Shown: piece by piece, positions 58,940 through 64,000 of the stretch
Layout of the letters: the number at the start of each line of letters is the position of its first letter
Numbering within the stretch: position 1 is the stretch's first letter
NCBI GenBank assembly: GCA_033764075.1
Contig: JANRJH010000019.1
Span: 34,541-98,540, forward strand
Length of the DNA stretch: 64,000 nucleotides
Source: Saprospiraceae bacterium
GTDB taxonomy: Bacteria > Bacteroidota > Bacteroidia > Chitinophagales > Saprospiraceae
Direction: 5' to 3'
The notes under the pieces: model-generated
What the model was told of the DNA's origin: nothing
Database searches by the model: none
What the model saw: only the letters and a program-made list of their open reading frames with translations
Translations under genes and position numbers: made by a program

Positions 58940-59434
58940 ATGACATTGACATCAAGACCCATTGCCCAAAAAAAACGCATCGCCCTGGTGGCGCACGACC
59001 ACAAAAAGGACGACCTGATCGACTGGGCGGTGTACAACCGCGCGGTGCTGGTGGAGCACGATCTGTACGGCACCGGCACTACGGGCAAGCTGATGGCTGA
59101 AGCGCTCGGCGTGCCGGTGACGCGCATGCTCAGCGGCCCCCTCGGCGGCGACCAGCAGATCGGCGCCATGATTGCCGAAGGCCGGATCGACGTGCTGATC
59201 TTTTTTTGGGATCCCATGGAGGCCCAGCCCCACGACCCCGACATCAAGGCCCTGCTGCGCCTGGGGGTGCTGTGGAACATCCCGTTTGCCTGCAACCGGT
59301 CGTCGGCCGACTTTCTGATGACCTCCCCGCTCATGCACGAGCCTTACCAGGCCATGCTGACCGATTACGGCAGTTATCTGGGCCGGCTGCAGGGGGAGGT
59401 GAAGGGGGATTTGGAAAAGGAAGAAGTTCCGTGA
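58940..59434 (+). CDS. mgsA: Methylglyoxal synthase
   Basis: IALVAHDHKKDDL, GTTG and PHDPD motifs. ATG at 58940. Confidence 0.9.
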   Translation: MTLTSRPIAQKKRIALVAHDHKKDDLIDWAVYNRAVLVEHDLYGTGTTGKLMAEALGVPVTRMLSGPLGGDQQIGAMIAEGRIDVLIFFWDPMEAQPHDPDIKALLRLGVLWNIPFACNRSSADFLMTSPLMHEPYQAMLTDYGSYLGRLQGEVKGDLEKEEVP

Positions 59435-59439
59435 CGCGA

Positions 59440-59751
59440 TACCCCGCCGCACCCAACAACCCGCACTTGCCCGATACCAGCCGTTACCCTATCTTTGAAG
59501 GCAAAAAGCGTTACGAATTGACGAACCACCTCGGCAATCCTTCGTACCTCAGGACAAGCATTCTGGCCGTAGTAACCGACCGCAAGCGCGGGCGATCCAC
59601 CGGCAGCTCGGCCATACAGTGGTTCGAGGCGGATGTGCTCAGCGCGCAGCAGTACTACCCCTTCGGCATGTTGATGCCGGGCAGCGGCACGGTCACTAAT
59701 CACCAAAAGTGTACCACCAGTTTGCACCAAAAGTGCATCTGGTATACTTGA
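59440..59751 (+). pseudogene. RHS/YD-repeat protein fragment (late-core piece, no start, premature end)
   Basis: The frame-1 translation reads ...KKRYELTNHLGN...LAVVTDRK...ADVLSAQQYYPFGMLMPG, typical of Bacteroidota RHS cores. It begins inside the mgsA 3' end region without a start codon. Confidence 0.6.
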
Positions 59752-59894
59752 CTTCTGACACCCATTGAATCTGCCGATATAGCCATGTAAGGTTGGAAAG
59801 AGGAAGATTTTGACCGGCTGTTGTATACCCACTACTGCACACCGTACATTCCCGCAGACAGCGTAAAATCCTTAAATGTGCGCCTCGTTTAAAA

Positions 59895-59902
59895 TAAATT
59901 TG
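59895..59902 (+). promoter_or_regulatory. Candidate -7 box TAAATTTG for abiEi
   Basis: Matches TAnnTTTG, 44 nt upstream of ATG 59946 in an AT-rich stretch. Confidence 0.35.
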
Positions 59903-59945
59903 TACTTTTGTTTCTGTAAAACCTAAAATTTTAGGAAAAATAGAA

Positions 59946-60572
59946 ATGAAACTGCTTGAGTTTTTAGACCGATTCAGAAAAGCGCCCGCCTTTTCAGTAA
60001 AAGAGGTGGAGCAGTTTTATCCGGGTTTTGAGCGAGAGAACCTGCTCAATTGGCAAAAAAAAGGCTATATTGTGCGCATTCGGAATGGATGGTACAGCGT
60101 TGCCGGTCGCATCGAAACCGAAGAACACCTGTATTGGGTGGCCAACAAAATATACCGACCCTCTTATGTATCGCTGGAAACCGCTCATGCCTACTATGGT
60201 TGGATCCCGGAAGCGGTGTTCACTGTCACTTCTGTCTCCACCCGGAAAACACAGGCATTTGACACGCCTGTTGGCCACTTCCGTTATTCCACCGTAAAAC
60301 CCTCCCTTTTTTTTGGCTACCGATTGTTGAAAACGGAGCGCTATGGAACAAAAATAGCGGAGCCCGAGAAAGCCTTGCTCGATTTCCTCTATCTACACCC
60401 CAAAATCGCTGCGATAGCAGATTTTGAGGCGCTCCGCTTTAACCTCGACCAAATGAGACTCGACATAAACCAGGAAAAATTGAGTGCTTATTGTGCGTTA
60501 TTTAATTCTATTACCCTGGCCAAACGGCTCCGAATCTTTCAAAACTACCTTTACCATGCTGAATCTGTCTGA
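59946..60572 (+). CDS. AbiEi-family type IV toxin-antitoxin antitoxin
   Basis: N-terminal wHTH pattern (LLNWQKKGYIVRIRNGWYSV) and a C-terminal AbiEi-like domain (YVSLETAHAYYGWIPE). It overlaps the next ORF by 17 nt. Confidence 0.7.
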   Translation: MKLLEFLDRFRKAPAFSVKEVEQFYPGFERENLLNWQKKGYIVRIRNGWYSVAGRIETEEHLYWVANKIYRPSYVSLETAHAYYGWIPEAVFTVTSVSTRKTQAFDTPVGHFRYSTVKPSLFFGYRLLKTERYGTKIAEPEKALLDFLYLHPKIAAIADFEALRFNLDQMRLDINQEKLSAYCALFNSITLAKRLRIFQNYLYHAESV

Positions 60573-60847
60573 ACTGCTGGAGGCTTATCCGGCGTCCGTG
60601 CGCGTGCATCGGTCGTTCATTTTACGCGAATATTTACAATGCAAGATTCTGGAAATACTGTTTGAAGGCATTAGAAATGAAATTGGGGATTTCCAATCGC
60701 GCCCAATTGATGGAACGGGTACGAAATATATGCCAACAACTCGACATGGATGAAATGGTAAAAGACGTACGCAATTTCTTGTTTTACCCGGCTGACGAAA
60801 AAAAAATACGGTTGTTTTTGCCGGTTTTGGAGCAATCGGATTTTTAA
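60556..60847 (+). pseudogene. AbiEii/AbiGii nucleotidyltransferase toxin remnant (large internal deletion plus frameshift)
   Basis: The N-terminal ~40 aa (FILREYLQCKILEILFEG) are followed by out-of-frame C-terminal-like sequence (...VKDVRNFLFYPADEKKIRLF...). Only ~97 codons remain of an expected 250-300. Confidence 0.5.
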
Positions 60848-60873
60848 TATTCAGGCGTTTTTGCCAGTCCAAC

Positions 60874-61220
60874 GAGGGTGTCTCATAAGTCCTATGTCTA
60901 CATTCGCCTTCAAATAAAATATTGAGCCAGTCGATATTGACTGGATGGCTTAATGCCTGCTGTCGTCAACTTTGCATACAAAGATTGCCTTGCCGTTTTT
61001 GGCGGTCTCGCCGCCATTTGTTTTAATTTTTTTGCCGCGAATTAGCGCGAATTCGCGCTAATTCGCGGCAAAAAAATCTCGTTTCGTTGTAAACTGCTTA
61101 GATACCTCGCCCTTGCGGTCATTTGACGACATCGGGCTTGAGGCCATTCTATCGGTTAACTTGGTCTTCCAAAATTTTGATTGGCGGAATGCCGGTATTT
61201 TCGACTTATGAGACACCCTC
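60874..61220. mobile_element. 347-bp element bounded by perfect 18-bp inverted repeats (MITE-like or invertible segment)
   Basis: GAGGGTGTCTCATAAGTC at 60874-60891 and its exact reverse complement at 61203-61220. There is no coding capacity and no obvious target-site duplication. Confidence 0.4.
61027..61076. terminator. 50-bp perfect palindrome T7-GCCGCGAATTAGCGCGAATTCGCGCTAATTCGCGGC-A7 (bidirectional-terminator-like)
   Basis: Perfect dyad centred on GAATTC, flanked by T7 and A7, inside the TIR-bounded element. Confidence 0.5.
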
Positions 61221-61222
61221 AT

Positions 61223-61753
61223 TTTTCCCACGTGGACGACGCCCAACTCACTACCAGCGCCTACACCGGCGACCTCGAAGACCAGGCCCCCAACAACGAC
61301 GCATACGACGCCATCGGCAACCTCACACAGGACACCCGCGACAGCATATCCAACATCAGCTGGACCAACGCCCAAAAAATAGACACGATCCAAAAAACCG
61401 ATCGCACCCTCCGCTTCCGCTACAACGCGATGCAAGAACGGGTGGCCAGGTACAGCAAGCCCAACAGCAGCCATGCCGAAAAGCGCACCTACTACCTCCG
61501 CCATGCGCAGGGCAACACCCTGGCCACCTCCAGCGGCTGGGTGCAAAACACCGGCAGCACGGTGACGTGGGACTCCTTCAAACTCGCCGAACAACACCGC
61601 TACGGCTCAAGCCGCGTGGGCTACCTGCAGCCGGATGTGAAGCTGTACCCCACGGCGCCCAAAAATCCGCACTTGCCTGATACGAGCCGTTGCCCTGACT
61701 TTGAAGGCAAAAAGCGTTGCGAATTTTACTCACTCACCCGCAACCGCCAATAA
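61223..61753 (+). pseudogene. RHS/YD-repeat protein fragment (mid-core piece)
   Basis: The translation contains YDAIGNLTQD, LRFRYNAMQERV, YYLRHAQGNTLA and EQHRYGSSRVGYL, which are typical YD repeats. It has no credible start and ends abruptly after FEGKKRCE. Confidence 0.6.
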
Positions 61754-62281
61754 TGGCGCATACTGCATCCGCTTCTTCTCCCACTCACCTTGCAACACGG
61801 TGCTGTTCTGGTAGTACGATTGCGTTTTTTCATAACGGCCAATGGCATATTGGCGGATTTTATCATCGGGCCAGTAACCTCGAAGCGCGTCCAGGCAGGT
61901 TACATATTCTTCAACAGCGTGTGTGTACGGCATGGCCGACTGTTCTTCCACATAAAACGCGATGACCTCTTTGGGCGCTTTTTCGGCCAGGCCATGCACA
62001 CCGACCAAAACGGAAAAGGCCGTATTTTTTACGTTCGCATAGTAGTCCTTTTCTTTTTCCCTGGGCAACTCATCCCGGTAATACCGGTCCAAATCCGCCC
62101 AGGTGTACTTCGATTTTTCCATTGTCATCAACATGACCGGGTGGTCTGTGGGGATTTTGCCCTTGAAATCCGACGTTCGGTTTTCAATTGGAACGTCAAA
62201 TATCCTTATGTTCGACTCCTGTTTGGCATGGCAGGCCAGCAGCAGCCATGCGAGGCCGAGCAAAAAAAGACTGTTTTTCAT
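61730..62281 (-). CDS. Hypothetical lipoprotein
   Basis: 183 aa from ATG 62281 with lipobox LLLACH and lower GC than the surroundings. Its 3' end overlaps the RHS fragment by 24 nt. Confidence 0.5.
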   Translation of the reverse strand: MKNSLFLLGLAWLLLACHAKQESNIRIFDVPIENRTSDFKGKIPTDHPVMLMTMEKSKYTWADLDRYYRDELPREKEKDYYANVKNTAFSVLVGVHGLAEKAPKEVIAFYVEEQSAMPYTHAVEEYVTCLDALRGYWPDDKIRQYAIGRYEKTQSYYQNSTVLQGEWEKKRMQYAPLLAVAGE

Positions 62282-62355
62282 GGTGATGTTTAGTTTTCTA
62301 AAATCTTCGAAGGCTGAGAATCTGTGGGATACCACCCCGTAAATATAAATCCAAC

Positions 62356-62383
62356 TCGTCCTACGAGTATACTCGTAGGACGA
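62356..62383. repeat. REP-like palindrome (copy 4)
   Basis: TCGTCCTACGAGTATACTCGTAGGACGA lies between divergent genes, so it is not positioned as a terminator. Confidence 0.8.
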
Positions 62384-62406
62384 ATTTTTCCCAACTTTGC
62401 CCCGCC

Positions 62407-63465
62407 ATGTCAAACAACCTCAAACGAATCCTCCAATTCGTCCTCTTCATCGGCCTCGGCGTGGGCATCATGGCCCTCGTTTTCCGCAGCCAGGATGCCG
62501 CCTTTCAGGAGCAGTGCCGCCTCGACGGCATTGCGCCGGAGGATTGCCGGCTGCTGGACAAGCTCTGGGCCGACTTCACGAGTGTATCTCCTTTCTGGAT
62601 GTTTCTGGTCATGCTGGCCTTCACGGTGAGCAACCTGCTGCGCGCCCTGCGCTGGCAGATGCTCCTGCGCCCCCTGGGGCACGAGGTCGGCCTGGCCAAC
62701 AGCTTCCTGCCCATCCTGCTCGGCTACTTCGCCAACCTGGGCTTCCCGCGCCTGGGCGAGATCATGCGCGCCGGGGCCATGAGCCGCTACGAGAAAATTC
62801 CGTTTGAAAAGGTGGTGGGCACCCTGGTGGTCGACCGGCTGGTGGATTTCCTCTGCCTGCTGCTGGTGCTGGCACTGGCCTTCCTGTTCGAGGCCGATAC
62901 CCTGTGGGCGTTCATACAGGGCAACCGCAGCAGCGGCGCGCCTGCCTCCGGCCCCTTGTCGTCGCCGCTGGTGTGGGGCGCCCTGGCGCTCCTGGCTGCC
63001 GGCGCCGCGCTGGCCTGGTTCTTCCGGACGCGCATCCTGGCCATTCCGTTTTTTCAGAAAATTGCCGGCATGATCGAAGGGTTCGGCGCCGGCCTGCGCA
63101 GCGTGCTGCGCACGTCGTCGCCCGGGCTGTTCATCGCCTACTCGCTGGGCATCTGGCTCATGTTTTACCTGCAGGCCTATTTCAACCTTCAGGCGTTTGC
63201 CCCCACGGCCCACCTCGGGCCCCAGGCGGCGCTCATGGTGTTTGTGTTCGGCACCCTGGGCTTCATCATCCCCTCCCCGGGCGGCATGGGCACCTACCAC
63301 GCCCTGTGCATTGCCGGACTGGCGCTGTACGGCATCGCGGGCAACGACGCCTTTTCGTACGCCAACATCTCCTTTTTTGCCGTGCAAATCTTTTACAACC
63401 TCGTCGGTGGCATGCTGGCCCTCACCCTGCTGCCCTGGCTCAACCGGAAAGCGAGCACCGCATGA
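62407..63465 (+). CDS. Flippase-like (UPF0104 / lysylphosphatidylglycerol synthase TM region) membrane protein
   Basis: 352 aa, polytopic, with the family-typical [10 protein letters not shown] motif. Confidence 0.75.
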   Translation: MSNNLKRILQFVLFIGLGVGIMALVFRSQDAAFQEQCRLDGIAPEDCRLLDKLWADFTSVSPFWMFLVMLAFTVSNLLRALRWQMLLRPLGHEVGLANSFLPILLGYFANLGFPRLGEIMRAGAMSRYEKIPFEKVVGTLVVDRLVDFLCLLLVLALAFLFEADTLWAFIQGNRSSGAPASGPLSSPLVWGALALLAAGAALAWFFRTRILAIPFFQKIAGMIEGFGAGLRSVLRTSSPGLFIAYSLGIWLMFYLQAYFNLQAFAPTAHLGPQAALMVFVFGTLGFIIPSPGGMGTYHALCIAGLALYGIAGNDAFSYANISFFAVQIFYNLVGGMLALTLLPWLNRKASTA

Positions 63466-63956
63466 AGGCTTTTGAAAAAATACAGTCCAAAATCCACTCC
63501 TGGGATTCCCTGCCGCCCACCTGCCAGACCTGGCGCGACGCCGGTCTGCGCATCGTGTTCACCAACGGCTGCTTCGACCTGCTGCACTTCGGACACCTGC
63601 ACTACCTCTCCGACGCCCGCGACCTCGGCGACCGCCTCGTGGTGGGTATGAACAGCGGCGACTCCGTCCGGCGCCTCAAAGGCCCCACCCGACCCATCAA
63701 CGACGAGATCACCCGCGCGCACCTGATGGCCGGACTGGAGATCGTAGACGCCGTGGTGTTTTTTGAGGAAGACACCCCCTGGGAACTCATCCGCCTGGTG
63801 CAGCCCGACGTGCTGGTGAAAGGGGGCGACTGGAAGCCCGAACAGATCGTGGGCGCCGACATCGTGCTGGCGCGCGGTGGCACGGTGCAAAGCCTGCCGT
63901 TTGTAGAAGGGTATTCGACGACGTTGATCGAGCAGCGGATCCTGGGGCGCCGCTGA
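63462..63956 (+). CDS. rfaE2: D-glycero-beta-D-manno-heptose 1-phosphate adenylyltransferase (RfaE domain II-type cytidylyltransferase)
   Basis: [17 protein letters not shown] (HxGH) motif; 164 aa. The ATG overlaps the upstream TGA (ATGA). Confidence 0.85.
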   Translation: MKAFEKIQSKIHSWDSLPPTCQTWRDAGLRIVFTNGCFDLLHFGHLHYLSDARDLGDRLVVGMNSGDSVRRLKGPTRPINDEITRAHLMAGLEIVDAVVFFEEDTPWELIRLVQPDVLVKGGDWKPEQIVGADIVLARGGTVQSLPFVEGYSTTLIEQRILGRR

Positions 63957-64000
63957 CGCTTAGTGCACCTCAATCGTTTCCACGCTATTGATCACGACCG

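Noticed and set aside
59206-59439. 5' part of ORF 59206-59751, which would make the RHS-like fragment a 181-aa gene.
   Set aside because: This part lies inside mgsA in another frame. RHS-like similarity begins only after the mgsA stop, so I call the region a fragment or pseudogene.
61058-61597. 179-aa minus-strand ORF across the TIR element and RHS fragment 2.
   Set aside because: It is a shadow frame of the YD-repeat fragment with a low-complexity G/A/V-rich translation.

Overview
This is a GC-rich chromosomal segment (about 60% by eye) that reads as Bacteroidota. Supporting signs are T9SS C-terminal sorting domains, PorP/SprF, TAnnTTTG-type -7 promoter boxes, and DUF4293/DUF4197/DUF5103-type genes. 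No rRNA, tRNA, CRISPR array, integrase or transposase gene was recognised.

Gene content, left to right:
- **Hydrogenase maturation locus (1-9.8 kb).** A TPR-like ORF and hypA lie on the + strand. They converge on a minus-strand operon, hypB-hypF-hypC-hypD-hypE, followed by an NHL propeller, a Ni/Co permease and a DUF151 nuclease. The hydrogenase structural genes are not in the window.
- **Housekeeping and envelope genes.** These include dnaE, a HAD hydrolase, a 2-oxoacid dehydrogenase E2, secA, a T9SS cargo protein, a thioredoxin-TPR protein, DUF4197, a fasciclin protein, nupC-like, udk, DUF4293, an HsdR_N-domain protein, an MlaF-like ATPase, DUF2141 and fbp. They continue with an ABC exporter, Uma2, an alpha/beta hydrolase, NUDIX, two OmpA/TPR/PD40 proteins (one behind PorP/SprF), pheS, DUF1963, fahA, DUF1275, a YHS protein, an Mqn-type radical SAM enzyme, MATE, a YfcH-like protein, DUF5103 and a Zn-phospholipase-C-like protein.
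- **Glyoxylate shunt module.** A RamB/PrpR-like regulator is divergent from aceB-aceA.
- **Remaining core genes.** queG, a baeRF-like ORF, an EEP-family protein, mgsA, a flippase-like protein and rfaE2.
- **Small decayed accessory islet (59.4-62.4 kb).** It holds two RHS/YD fragments, an intact AbiEi gene beside a gutted AbiEii gene, and a 347-bp element bounded by perfect 18-bp inverted repeats.

The most unusual signals are non-coding or accessory:
- A family of heptanucleotide tandem arrays sits directly 5' of housekeeping genes.
- A 28-36 bp perfect-palindrome REP-like family is present in four copies.
- A ~160-180 bp repeat carries an internal 11-bp VNTR.
- Twin 20-bp palindromes lie in the hypB promoter.
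- Non-canonical genes (NHL, TPR, BFN) are wired into the hyp locus.

I found no clearly novel multi-gene system. The hyp-linked NHL/TPR genes are the best candidate, and that remains an inference. All coordinates of short motifs were counted by hand and may be off by 1-2 nt.
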